Of a stretch of DNA of 64,000 bases, positions 30,285-40,327 are shown in pieces (the stretch's first letter is position 1; each line of letters opens with the position of its first letter). The stretch is taken from positions 1 through 64,000 of the forward strand of contig CAVZRV010000008.1 in assembly GCA_963777605.1 (NCBI GenBank), in the 5' to 3' direction. Position numbers and translations under genes: made by a program. This stretch comes from an uncultured Acidobacteriota bacterium (GTDB taxonomy: Bacteria > Acidobacteriota > UBA6911 > RPQK01 > JAPXNP01). The notes under the pieces are model-generated. The model was not told where the DNA came from and searched no databases. It was given only the letters and a program-made list of their open reading frames with translations.

Positions 30285-33200
30285 TTACTCTCCGAGCGAA
30301 GGCTGGAGACCTTCGCGGATTACCCGAGGGCCATCAGTCCCTGCACCGAACTCGGAAACCGGCTCCGCCGAGTAGGCCTTCCGGTCGAGCAGTTCGTAGA
30401 CGACCGGAATGAACACCAGGGTCAGCGCCGTTGAAAAGAGCAGTCCTCCCATCACCGTGATCGCCATCGGAGCCCGCACCTCGGCTCCCTCGCCCCATCC
30501 CAACGCCATGGGGATCAGCCCGAGAACGGTAGTCAGCGTCGTCATCAGAATCGGCCGCAAGCGGACCTTGCCGGCCTCGAGGAGGGCTTCGCGACGGGGC
30601 ATGCCCGTTTCCCGAAGCTGGTTGGTGTAGTCGATCAGGACAATCGCGTTGTTGACGACAATTCCGGCCAGGATGATCACTCCCAGAAAGACCATGACGT
30701 TGATGGTGGTGGCGGTCGCCCACAGCGAGAACACAACCCCGATGACGGCAAGCGGGACGCAAAACATGATCACGAAAGGGTGGATTAACGACTCGAACTG
30801 AGAGGCCATCACCAGGTAGACCAGAAAGACCGCCAGGGAAAAGGCGAAGATCAGGCTCTGGTAGGAGGACTGCAATTCTTCGTTCTGCCCGGCCAGGTTG
30901 ACCACCGTATTGACGGGGATCTGGCTCTGAACGGCGCGAAGCCTTTCGCGAATTTCCTCCGACGTCGTGCTCAGGTCACGCCCGCTCAGGTTGGCGGAAA
31001 CGATGGCGGCACGCTGGCCGCGAATCCTCCGGATCTCGCTCGGTCCCCGGTCCAGGCGAACTTCGGCAACCGAATCGATGCGGATGGGGACGATGTTTGC
31101 CGGAGATGCCGCCTGAGCATTCGCGGACGCTTCTCCGGTGTCGGACTGGCTCACGAGAGTGGACCCGGTACCCGCTGGCCTCAAATTGATGGTCAAGTGC
31201 TTCAGGTCCTCGACGGTCTGGCGCTCGCTCTCCTGGGCGCGAACCAGGATGTCGATCTGCTTGTCGTCCTCGCGGAACCGGCTCGCCACGTCCCCGCGGA
31301 TCTTGTTGCGCAGGACACCGGCAATGACGTTCTCTTCCAGGCCGAGACGGGCCAGTTTTTCCCGATCGAAGATGACATGGATTTCAGGATCACCGAGTTG
31401 AGTGGTTGTCTTGATGTCGTTGAGGCCGGGGATCTGTTCCAACTCGGAACTCACCAGGTTGGAGACCGAGCGCAGATTCTGCAGGTTGTAGGAGTAGATC
31501 TCGACCTCTATGGGCGTTCTGAAGCTGAACAGAGTCGGTCGTTCGAAGGTGTAGCGAAGCTCGGGAAACTGGTGGAGTTCGCTGCGGATCTTCTCGATAA
31601 CGGCAGCCTCGGTGACCTGGTCTTGCTTGTCCTTCATAACGACGTAAAGCTGGGCTTCGTTCTCCCGAACCGAATTGCGGGCGAACTGGTTCTCGGTGCT
31701 TCCGCCGACACTCGAGTAAACCGTAGCGATCTCGGGGAAAGCAGCGACGCGGCTTTCGATGGCCTGCATCACCTGGTCGGTTTGCCCGAGGGGTCTGCCC
31801 TCCGGCAGCTTGATCTCAATCGAGAACTCACCCTGGGTGAGAGGAGGGATCAACTCCGCTCCGAGTCTTCGGGAGAGGCCGACCGCGGTCACGCCGAGCG
31901 CGATGGCAAGGGCAAATACCAGCGCCTTGTTGTTCAATGACCACGCCAGCACAGCCGGGTACAGGTTCGTGAGCCGGGTGAAGAGCCGGTCGAATCGATT
32001 CAGGGCCGGGGAAATGACCCAGTTCAGACCGCGACCGGCGAAGCGCACGAGACCGCGCAGGTCGGTCACCAGCACGGTCGCGGCGTCAACGAAAAGAAAG
32101 TGCAGAAACCGGGTGATCCCAAGGAAGACGGACCGCCCCACGGTGCGGAATCTGCCGGCCGGAGCCTCGGCAACGGCTGGGGAGGCAGCGGGGACGGGTT
32201 CTGTTGACGGAGTCCTGGTGGTTCGCGCCAGGAGCATGGGAATGAATGCCAGTGCTACCAAAAGGGACGCCAACAGCGAATAGGTGATCGTCAGGGCCTG
32301 GTCTTTGAAGAGTTGACCGGCGATCCCCTCCACGAAAATCAGGGGGAGGAAGACCGCAACCGTGGTCAGGGTCGAAGCCGTGACCGCTTTGCTGACTTCG
32401 ACCGTACCGAGATAGACCGCTTGACGGAGCTGGGTTCCCTGCTTGCGGTGACGGTCGATCGCTTCGAGTACGACGATCGAGTTGTCCACAAGCATTCCGA
32501 CCCCGAGAGCCACACCGCCCAGTGACATGATGTTGAGGCTGATGTCGGTCTGGTACATGAGCGCAAAGGTGGCCATGATCGAAATGGGGATGGAGAAGCC
32601 GATGGTCAGGGTGCTGCGCAGGTCCCGGAGGAACACAAAGAGAACGATCGTCGCCAGCAGTCCACCCAGCACGGCCGCCGAGAGAACGTTGGAAACCGCG
32701 CTTTGGATGAAATCGGCCTGGTTGGAGACAACCTCGTAATCGACTCCCTCGGGGAATCGCTTGTTTTTCTTGAGGGAATCGAGTTGGCGAATCACCGAGC
32801 GGGCCACAGTGACGGTATTGGCGTCTCCCTCCTTGTAGACCGCCATTTCGACCGATTCCTGTCCCTTGAGGCGGGCGATGATCTCCCGGTCCCTGGTTCC
32901 CCGCCAGGCGCGGGCGACATCACCAAGTACGACCTTCTTGCCGCCGTTATCGCGGATCACGATGTTCCGGATCTCATCGACGTTCTGGAACTGGTTCAGC
33001 ATCCGGACGAGGTAGTTGGCATCCTGGTCGTACAGGCTTCCGGTCGCCTGGTTGAGGTTCTCCTGGCGAAGGACCTCGGTGACCTCGGTGATGGGGATGC
33101 CCAGTTCGGCGAGGCGCTTCTCATCGACTTCGATGCGGATCTGTTCTTCCAGCCCTCCGATCACCTTGATGGCAGCGACCCCGTCGGTTGCCTCGAGGTA

Positions 33201-33680
33201 CTTCTTCAGCTCCTTCTCGGCCAGGTAGCGAAGCGAGGCCAGGCTCTCATCCCCGTAAATCCGGATCCGCATCACGGGATCGTGAGAGGGGTCGAAGCGG
33301 AGGATGACGGGTTTCTCGGCATCCCGGGGGAGGTTCACAAAGTCCAGTTTCTCCCGGACTTCGAGACTCGAGATGTCCATGTCGGTGTCCCAGCCGAACT
33401 CCATTACGACCTCGGACTGCCCCGACCGAGACACCGAGTACATCTTGGTCAGACCCGGGACGACACCGACTGCTTCCTCGATCGGTTGGGTCAGGAGGGC
33501 CTCGATTTCCTCGGGGGCCGCATCCTCATAGTCGGTCTGAATGGTGAGCGAAGGGTAGGAGATGTCGGGAAGCAGATTCAAAGCAAGGCGATCCAGGGAG
33601 ACCAACCCGAAAAGCATGACGGCAACCACGAACATGGATACCGTAACCGGCCGCTGAATGGATGCTTTAATCAGGCTCAT
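30285..33680 (-). CDS. RND efflux permease (AcrB/HAE1 family), second paralogue
   Basis: 1131 aa; SIQRPVT, GMLVDNSIVVLE and RLRPILMTTLTT. Confidence 0.95.
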   Translation of the reverse strand: MSLIKASIQRPVTVSMFVVAVMLFGLVSLDRLALNLLPDISYPSLTIQTDYEDAAPEEIEALLTQPIEEAVGVVPGLTKMYSVSRSGQSEVVMEFGWDTDMDISSLEVREKLDFVNLPRDAEKPVILRFDPSHDPVMRIRIYGDESLASLRYLAEKELKKYLEATDGVAAIKVIGGLEEQIRIEVDEKRLAELGIPITEVTEVLRQENLNQATGSLYDQDANYLVRMLNQFQNVDEIRNIVIRDNGGKKVVLGDVARAWRGTRDREIIARLKGQESVEMAVYKEGDANTVTVARSVIRQLDSLKKNKRFPEGVDYEVVSNQADFIQSAVSNVLSAAVLGGLLATIVLFVFLRDLRSTLTIGFSIPISIMATFALMYQTDISLNIMSLGGVALGVGMLVDNSIVVLEAIDRHRKQGTQLRQAVYLGTVEVSKAVTASTLTTVAVFLPLIFVEGIAGQLFKDQALTITYSLLASLLVALAFIPMLLARTTRTPSTEPVPAASPAVAEAPAGRFRTVGRSVFLGITRFLHFLFVDAATVLVTDLRGLVRFAGRGLNWVISPALNRFDRLFTRLTNLYPAVLAWSLNNKALVFALAIALGVTAVGLSRRLGAELIPPLTQGEFSIEIKLPEGRPLGQTDQVMQAIESRVAAFPEIATVYSSVGGSTENQFARNSVRENEAQLYVVMKDKQDQVTEAAVIEKIRSELHQFPELRYTFERPTLFSFRTPIEVEIYSYNLQNLRSVSNLVSSELEQIPGLNDIKTTTQLGDPEIHVIFDREKLARLGLEENVIAGVLRNKIRGDVASRFREDDKQIDILVRAQESERQTVEDLKHLTINLRPAGTGSTLVSQSDTGEASANAQAASPANIVPIRIDSVAEVRLDRGPSEIRRIRGQRAAIVSANLSGRDLSTTSEEIRERLRAVQSQIPVNTVVNLAGQNEELQSSYQSLIFAFSLAVFLVYLVMASQFESLIHPFVIMFCVPLAVIGVVFSLWATATTINVMVFLGVIILAGIVVNNAIVLIDYTNQLRETGMPRREALLEAGKVRLRPILMTTLTTVLGLIPMALGWGEGAEVRAPMAITVMGGLLFSTALTLVFIPVVYELLDRKAYSAEPVSEFGAGTDGPRVIREGLQPSLGE

Positions 33681-33779
33681 CGTTGACTCCGCCGAGGACA
33701 GCGATGCCCTCTATCTGGTTATTCGCTCTGGATTGCAGGAGTTGGCGTCACGGCAGTCGGAACGCAACGGAGATGGCAG

Positions 33780-35009
33780 TCAAGCCGTTGTACCCTCTAC
33801 CCGTCGGATCTTGCTGCCTTCTTTGAGTCCGCCCTGGCCGGCGACGACGACCGAGTCCCCTGGGGCAACGCCCTCAACGACTTCGACATCTCCTCCATCC
33901 TGGTAACCCAGAGCGACGTTCACGCGTCGAACGGTATCTTCCGAGGCCACGAATACGAATGTGTCCCCATCCTCTTCAACGATCGCGCGCTTCGGGATGA
34001 GAACCCGGTCCTGGCGAGTATCGGTTCTGATGTCCACCCGGACGAATCCACCCGGTTTGAACAAATCGTTGTCGCCGGCAAGTTCGATGGTGACCTTCAC
34101 CGTTCCGGTTGCCTGGTCAACCACCGGGCTGATGCGGGCCACCCGGCCCTGCAGGCCCAGCGTGGACTCGACGCCGGAAAAGACGGTGGTCACCTGTCCC
34201 GGGTTGATTCGGCTGGCGTCACGCTCGGACAGGAAGACCTCCGCCTGCAGCGGGGAGAAATCACCGAGCTTGAACAGGGTTTCAATGGTCCGCACCGTCT
34301 GCCCGAGATCGATTTCCCGGGACGTGATGAACCCGGCAAAAGGCGCCTCGATCACCGTTCTGGCAATTTCCAGTTCCGATTGCTCGATTTCCGCCTTGAG
34401 TTCGTCAACGCGGTGGAGCAATTCACGCGATTCGGAAGAGGAGACTTTCAGGTCGTGCTCGAGTTCGTCGAGCTTGTACTTGACCTGGGCGACTTCCCGC
34501 TCACTGACGAGGCGTTCCTCGTAGAGCTTGTGGTAGCGTTCGTACTCCTCGCGGGTGTTGGCCAGTTGGACATTGGACTTGTCCTGAAGAATGGTGGCCT
34601 TCTCGAGTTGGAGTTTCGCCTGGGCGAGTTTCTGCCGGGAGGACTGGAGCCGGATCTGGGCCTCGGTGTCGTCCAGCCGACAAAGCGCCTGACCCTTTTG
34701 AACGAAGTCACCCTCCTCGACGAGCACGTTACGCACCACGCCTTCGGTTTGCGAGGCCAGCGCGACTTCTCGTCTCGCCTTCAAATTGGCGGTCGATGAA
34801 ACGGAAGCGGAGATTTCGCCCTTGTGAGCTACTGCGAGTTCGACGGCAACCGAGTTCTCCTTGTCTTCCTTGGAGGGTTGCGACGATTGGGCAGAGTCGG
34901 CGAGGGAGACGGAACCGTCACTGGTGAGCAGGGGCATCAGGAGATACCCGGCAATGGCAAAGGCAACCAAAAATCCCAGGAGGCCATAGGTTTTACTTCT
35001 CACGCTCAT
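33780..35009 (-). CDS. RND periplasmic adaptor (membrane fusion protein)
   Basis: N-terminal anchor, VEEGDFVQKGQ lipoyl-like motif, coiled coil, IEAPFAG and ISPVVDQATGT. Confidence 0.93.
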   Translation of the reverse strand: MSVRSKTYGLLGFLVAFAIAGYLLMPLLTSDGSVSLADSAQSSQPSKEDKENSVAVELAVAHKGEISASVSSTANLKARREVALASQTEGVVRNVLVEEGDFVQKGQALCRLDDTEAQIRLQSSRQKLAQAKLQLEKATILQDKSNVQLANTREEYERYHKLYEERLVSEREVAQVKYKLDELEHDLKVSSSESRELLHRVDELKAEIEQSELEIARTVIEAPFAGFITSREIDLGQTVRTIETLFKLGDFSPLQAEVFLSERDASRINPGQVTTVFSGVESTLGLQGRVARISPVVDQATGTVKVTIELAGDNDLFKPGGFVRVDIRTDTRQDRVLIPKRAIVEEDGDTFVFVASEDTVRRVNVALGYQDGGDVEVVEGVAPGDSVVVAGQGGLKEGSKIRRVEGTTA

Positions 35010-35221
35010 AGGCTCTTTCCAATTCTTCTAATTGAAAGCGGCTTTCTGTTCCTGTCTCTGTATCCTCAAACGCTCAAGAACGAAATTGATTAACAAAAAG
35101 TTCTGCAAGAATCCGGATATGTGGACGCATCGGGTGGAGTTTGGTTCAAGCAAAGGGCAAGATTAGGGCGAACAATTCTTGTTGTGTCCTGAAACCGACA
35201 GATCGCGATCCGTCACCGGTC

Positions 35222-35443
35222 ATGAAGCAACTGCTGACCTACAGAACCCTGATCCTCCTGGCCATCTTCTTTGCTCTTGCTCCCTTCTACCCTGAGCCAC
35301 ACCTGGTCGAGAAACTCCGGATGCTGGCGAACGGGACGCTGACCCGCCCGATCGATATCTTTGACCTTTTCTGGCACAGTTGGCCCATTTTCCTGCTTCT
35401 GGGGCGCGTGATTTGGGATTTCAGGGAGGGGAAGAAACAATGA
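35222..35443 (+). CDS. Small membrane protein (73 aa), coupled to the bd-type oxidase gene
   Basis: LAPFYPEPHLVEKLRML..RPIDIFDLFWH with two hydrophobic stretches. The stop overlaps the next ATG (ATGA). Confidence 0.75.
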   Translation: MKQLLTYRTLILLAIFFALAPFYPEPHLVEKLRMLANGTLTRPIDIFDLFWHSWPIFLLLGRVIWDFREGKKQ

Positions 35444-37158
35444 ATTATCCAATCTGGGAGGTGCCCGCTTCCGGCCTTTTTATCGCCGTGATCGCGGTCG
35501 TTCACGTGTTCATCTCCCACTTTGCAGTGGGGGGAGGACTCTTTCTTGTCTGGTACGAAACCAGAGCAAGGCGTGAATCGGACGGGGCGCTTCTCGCCTA
35601 TGTCAGGCTCCACAGTCGCTTCTTTCTCCTGTTGACGCTCGTCCTCGGCGCTCTGACCGGCGTCGGCATCTGGTTCACGATCGGTCTTGTTCAGCCCCAG
35701 GCAACGTCAACGCTGATCCAGTTCTTCGTCTGGGGATGGGCGAGTGAGTGGACCTTCTTCGTGATCGAGATTGCCGCGGCAATGGTTTACTACTACGGAT
35801 GGGACCGGCTTTCGGCTCGAGCCCACCTGACGGTGGGATGGATCTACTTCATTGCCGCCTGGATGAGCCTCTTCATTATCAACGGGATCCTGACCTTCAT
35901 GCTGACGCCGGGACGCTGGATCCAGTCCAGGGACCTGCTCGATGCCTTCTTCAACCCCACCTTCTGGCCGTCTCTTGTGACCCGCACCCTGATTTGCGTG
36001 GGATTGGCGGGACTCTACGCGCTCTTGACCGCTTCTTTCCTCCACAACCGAGAGACCCGGTTGAAGATCATCAAAGCGGCTGGGCTCTACTGGCTGGTAC
36101 CGGCAGGAGTGCTCCTCCCCATTTCGTTCATCTGGTACCTCTCCGCTGCAGCCGGGGCCGCAGTGCCGGTGGCAGACGTCCTGGGATCGGCAGGACCGTC
36201 CCTATTCGATGTTGTTTCGTCTTCCCTGTTCGGCGCACCGACCTCCGGGTATCCGTACGCGGTAACCGCTGTCTTCCTCGGGACGCTGGCTTTCATTGTT
36301 ATCGCGTTGTGTTCGCTGCTGCTTGGCCTGGTCCCCTCCCTGGCCCGGCCGACCATCGTAATGCCCCTCTTCTTGCTGGGGCTGGTCGCGTTTGGAGGAT
36401 TCGAGTGGATTCGGGAGGATCTCAGGAAGCCGTACGTGATCGGCCATTACATGTTCGTGAACGGAATCCGGCTCCCCGAGCCTGCAGGAGTGTCGCCTGC
36501 GCAAGCCGACCCGTTTTCGGTCACCAGCCTGAACGAGAAGGGGGTTTTGGCGGTCGCTCGCTGGAGCCCGCCCCAGGCCGAGTTGGAAGCAAAATCTCCT
36601 GGTAGTGGGGATCTCCGGGGAAAGGAGATCTTCCGGCTCCTTTGCACTTCCTGCCACACCGTGGATGGCCACCTGGCGATTCAACCCCTGGTAGCCGGAA
36701 AGACCCCGGAGGCGATTGACAACATTATTCAGAAACTTGCCCTCCCTGTGGACAGTGCCGGGAACCCGACCTCCTGGGATGATCCTGGTCTCCGTTTGAA
36801 AACGTGGCGGGGAAGGCGAATGCCACCGTTCGTCGGGACCACTGAGGAGCGTGGTTACCTGACCAATTACCTGGCCGGCCTGGCCGATACGCTGGAGTCT
36901 GCTCCTGCGGCTTCGCCGGGACAGCGGTTCTTCGAAGCCAACTGCGCTTTCTGCCACGGCCCCAATGCCGACTGGCCGATGCGGGTCGTCGGCTCCGGGA
37001 AGCGTTACAAGGATTTCCTGGTCCTGATACCACGGTTACCCGAAGTCAACCCGATCATGCCGCCTTTCGAGGGGACCGATGAACAGAAGGATGCGCTGGC
37101 CCACTATCTCGAAGAACTCGTAACCGGCGGAAGCCAGAAAGAGGAGGCCCAGCAGTGA
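35440..37158 (+). CDS. Cytochrome bd subunit I-like protein fused to two c-type cytochrome domains
   Basis: HVFISHFAVGGG, GALTGVGIW, WASEWTFF, INGILTFMLTPG and EWIREDLRKPY; CxxCH motifs CTSCH and CAFCH. Confidence 0.88.
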   Translation: MNYPIWEVPASGLFIAVIAVVHVFISHFAVGGGLFLVWYETRARRESDGALLAYVRLHSRFFLLLTLVLGALTGVGIWFTIGLVQPQATSTLIQFFVWGWASEWTFFVIEIAAAMVYYYGWDRLSARAHLTVGWIYFIAAWMSLFIINGILTFMLTPGRWIQSRDLLDAFFNPTFWPSLVTRTLICVGLAGLYALLTASFLHNRETRLKIIKAAGLYWLVPAGVLLPISFIWYLSAAAGAAVPVADVLGSAGPSLFDVVSSSLFGAPTSGYPYAVTAVFLGTLAFIVIALCSLLLGLVPSLARPTIVMPLFLLGLVAFGGFEWIREDLRKPYVIGHYMFVNGIRLPEPAGVSPAQADPFSVTSLNEKGVLAVARWSPPQAELEAKSPGSGDLRGKEIFRLLCTSCHTVDGHLAIQPLVAGKTPEAIDNIIQKLALPVDSAGNPTSWDDPGLRLKTWRGRRMPPFVGTTEERGYLTNYLAGLADTLESAPAASPGQRFFEANCAFCHGPNADWPMRVVGSGKRYKDFLVLIPRLPEVNPIMPPFEGTDEQKDALAHYLEELVTGGSQKEEAQQ

Positions 37159-38246
37159 TCACCAACGCTGGAATACCGTTGCCGGATACCCTGCCCCTGG
37201 CCGCTCCTGTCTGGCTGTTCTGGAGCCTGCTGCTGCTGACGTTCTTTCTCCATCTTTTGCCAATGAATTTCGTCCTGGGCGGATCGGTGCTCGGGGCGAT
37301 CAGCTGGATCAGGAGCCGCAAAGACGGGGCGAACCACCACCGGGCGATTGCCAACTGGTTGGGCAAGAGCATGCCTGTTGCCTTTGCCGCCACCGTCACC
37401 TTCGGAGTGGCACCACTTCTCTTTGTCCAGGTCCTCTACGGCCGGCTGCTCTACACCAGTTCAATCCTGATGGGTTGGTTCTGGATCTCCCTGATCGATC
37501 TCCTGGTCCTTGCCTATTACGGTGCCTACACGGTCAGCTTCAAGGCGCGGAGCAGAACCCTGATCGCTTCCGCCGTCGCCCTGTTCACCCTGATGGTGGC
37601 GTTCACGTTTTCCAACAACATGAGCCTGATGCTCCGCCCCGAGGTCTTCGCAGGCAAGTACCTGGAGAGCGCGGCCGGAACCTGGCTGAACCTGGATGAT
37701 GCGACGGTGATTCCCCGTTACCTGCACATGGTTGTGGGGGCCCTGGCGGTCGCCGGAATCGCCCTGGCGTTCTGGGGAAATCTGAAAAGGAGACAGGATC
37801 GTGAAACGGGTCAGGCCGTCTTCCGCTACGGGTTGCACGTTTTCGCAGGCGCCACCGCGGTGAACTTTGTCCTCGGAACGATCTTCCTTCTCTCTTTCCC
37901 CCAGTCCGTCCTGCTGGCCTTCATGAAGAGCGGCCTGGTGGGCCCGGTGAGCCTGCTGGTCGGTTTCATCGGCGGACTGGTGGCGATCCCCCTGGCAATC
38001 CTGGCCGCCCACGCGAAAGAATCGGGCCGCTGGTTTCCCTGGGTGGTTGTCTCGACGCTGGCTACCCTGGTCACCATGGTCCTGGTTCGGGACTCGATGC
38101 GCACGGTCACTCTGAGCACGAGCTATCAGCCGGTCACCTGGGTAGCCCCGCAGTGGGGCGCGATCGCAGTGTTTCTTGTGCTGCTGATTATTGCGGTGGC
38201 AACCGTGATCGGAATGGTCTGGGTGCTGGCTCGCAGCAAAGCGTAA
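37155..38246 (+). CDS. Integral membrane partner subunit (CydA'-like)
   Basis: About 9 hydrophobic segments; HLLPMNFVLGG, FGVAPLLFVQVLYG and IPRYLHM. GTGA overlap with the upstream gene. Confidence 0.75.
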   Translation: MITNAGIPLPDTLPLAAPVWLFWSLLLLTFFLHLLPMNFVLGGSVLGAISWIRSRKDGANHHRAIANWLGKSMPVAFAATVTFGVAPLLFVQVLYGRLLYTSSILMGWFWISLIDLLVLAYYGAYTVSFKARSRTLIASAVALFTLMVAFTFSNNMSLMLRPEVFAGKYLESAAGTWLNLDDATVIPRYLHMVVGALAVAGIALAFWGNLKRRQDRETGQAVFRYGLHVFAGATAVNFVLGTIFLLSFPQSVLLAFMKSGLVGPVSLLVGFIGGLVAIPLAILAAHAKESGRWFPWVVVSTLATLVTMVLVRDSMRTVTLSTSYQPVTWVAPQWGAIAVFLVLLIIAVATVIGMVWVLARSKA

Positions 38247-38289
38247 TGCCCGTTTGCACTTCGGACTTCCCGGTTCGCAGTTTCTTTGA

Positions 38290-39249
38290 TCAGGCTCGGC
38301 AGCAGCCGTCGTCGTGGTGGTTGCGGAGGAACCGGTCGAACGCCATGGCTGAGGGGGCAACCAGGCCGCGGATCCGTTCCTTTGCCGCCTCGTCGATGGG
38401 CCTGAAGTTGCGCGCGACCTCGATGTTCTCTCTTACGAAATCGAACTTCGGCATTCCCACGACACAGGTGGCGACCGGAAGACTCATCGAGTAGTGCAGC
38501 AAGTCCTGCGGCGAGGCCTTGCCGGGCCCCGTTCCGACGATCTGCTCCTGCCCCATGATCTTCATCGCCAGGATGCCGAGTCCCTTTCGCCGTGCCGTGG
38601 GCAGTGCGATCCGCTCGAAGCCGGTCGAAAACCCGGTGTTCGTGGCCGCGTTGAGCGCCATCTGAACGCAGTCCAGATCGTGTCGCTCAATCGCGGTTTT
38701 CATGGTCTCAGCGTCGGTGTGCGAGGTCATCCCGACAAACCGGCACATCTTCTCGTCCCGGGCCCGGTAGATTGCCCGCAAGACACCGTCGGGCCGTTCG
38801 ATCGCGGCCAGGTCGTCCGCCCTCTCGAGGCTGTGGATGTGGAGGAGATCGACATGGTCGGTCTGGAGTCGCTTCAGGCTGGCTTCAATGGCCCGCATGG
38901 CCGCGTCATATCCCCGCTCACTGACCTTGGTCGTCAGCCAGACCTCGTTCCGGCGCGTTTTCATCACCTTCCCGTAGCGGGTTTCACTGAGGCCGTCACC
39001 GTAGCTCATGGCGGTGTCAAGATAATTCACTCCGTGGTCGATGACCCAGTTGAGCACCTCCAGCGCGCGATCCTCGTCCTCGTACATGAGAAAGCGGCTG
39101 CCGCCGCCAAAGCCGAGGATCGAAACCTGGCCGCCGGTTCGGCCAAGTGTCCGCCTCGGTATCGCCCCCTGGCCACTCAGGCTTCCTGCCGCACAAATCC
39201 CGGCCGCCGTAGCCGCCATGAAGTCCCTTCGATTCACTTTGTTGCTCAT
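38290..39249 (-). CDS. Aldo/keto reductase with Tat signal
   Basis: NRRDFM; RRTLGRTG..SILGFGG, YLDTA..YG and SLKRLQTDHVDLLHIH. Confidence 0.92.
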   Translation of the reverse strand: MSNKVNRRDFMAATAAGICAAGSLSGQGAIPRRTLGRTGGQVSILGFGGGSRFLMYEDEDRALEVLNWVIDHGVNYLDTAMSYGDGLSETRYGKVMKTRRNEVWLTTKVSERGYDAAMRAIEASLKRLQTDHVDLLHIHSLERADDLAAIERPDGVLRAIYRARDEKMCRFVGMTSHTDAETMKTAIERHDLDCVQMALNAATNTGFSTGFERIALPTARRKGLGILAMKIMGQEQIVGTGPGKASPQDLLHYSMSLPVATCVVGMPKFDFVRENIEVARNFRPIDEAAKERIRGLVAPSAMAFDRFLRNHHDDGCCRA

Positions 39250-39328
39250 TGTTGCGACTCTCCTCTTCTCCTGATCCACAGCATCAGGATCACTTGACCG
39301 GCACCGAGGCTGTGATGCGAAGCCGCAT

Positions 39329-39991
39329 TCAGGACCCGGGCTCGACCTCTCCAAGACTGCGCAATCGGGCGTATTTGCCCGGAACGACAACCGGTTCTCC
39401 CATGCCGCCCACAGGGCGATCGATGGGGCGCTGTTTCACGTTTCGAAACCGCTCGATCAACCGGTCTCCCTCTGCCCGCTTCCCCTCCATGATGCTGAGA
39501 CGAGCCAGGTTATAAAGAGCCACCGTGTTGTCAGGATCGATCTCAATCGCATTTCGAAAGAGTTGAGCGGCGCGGGCGTGATTCCCCTCGTGAAATTCTA
39601 TCAGGCCCAATTGGCTCATGGTGGCCGAATCGGATGGATCCAGGTCAAGCAGCCTCTGAAACGGCTCCCGAGCTTCAGTTTCCCGGCCCCGGCGAACCAG
39701 CAGCACTCCCGAGAGGTAGATCACGTAAGGGTCGTCAGGCGCCACGGTACCAAGCCTGTTCAACTGAGCCTGCGATTCCTCCAGTTCTCCCGAGTTGAGG
39801 CAAGCAATCGCCAGGTTGACCTGGATGACGGGACAAGCCGGATCCAGCTGGAGAGCTTTTCTGAACTCGGATGCGGCCCCTTGGAAATCCTGTGCCTGTG
39901 CCCGTTCGATGCCGCGGTGGTTAGCGAGGCGGGCCCCGGCGTCTCCACATACCGGACTCATTCCAATGATCAGAATCAACCAGGCGATCAA
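39329..39991 (-). CDS. Tetratricopeptide repeat protein
   Basis: Repeated FRKALQLDP, RLLDLDP and AIEIDPDN..YNLA motifs. Confidence 0.85.
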   Translation of the reverse strand: MIAWLILIIGMSPVCGDAGARLANHRGIERAQAQDFQGAASEFRKALQLDPACPVIQVNLAIACLNSGELEESQAQLNRLGTVAPDDPYVIYLSGVLLVRRGRETEAREPFQRLLDLDPSDSATMSQLGLIEFHEGNHARAAQLFRNAIEIDPDNTVALYNLARLSIMEGKRAEGDRLIERFRNVKQRPIDRPVGGMGEPVVVPGKYARLRSLGEVEPGS

Positions 39992-40191
39992 GATCAGTCA
40001 CCCTCCGCTCCACCCGGTGGACCCGAGTGCGCAAGAGCAGACTAACAGGCTTTGTCTCCCGGTCAAGAATCCGGGGCGACGTGGGCCAATGTCCGAACTC
40101 ATGGGTTATTTAGCGCAAGTCAAGGTCCCCAGTGGGTTCACACAGGCACCGGAGATTCGCCGGACCTCCGGATCCAGCGCTTCAGGCTGGG

Positions 40192-40207
40192 TGGCATATG
40201 TATTGCT
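40192..40207 (+). promoter_or_regulatory. Sigma54 (-24/-12) promoter upstream of hoxF
   Basis: TGGCAT-ATGTA-TTGCT fits the TGGCAC-N5-TTGCW consensus with correct spacing, about 120 bp before the ATG. Confidence 0.7.
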
Positions 40208-40327
40208 TGTCTGTGATAGGTGGCAGGCCTTGTTGTTGAGCGAAATGTGAACTGAATGAAGTTGGCGAGGTCAAGCTTCCTGAGTTGGGCTCGTTTCGAA
40301 CGTCGCGAGTGAGGACAGGTGTTAACC

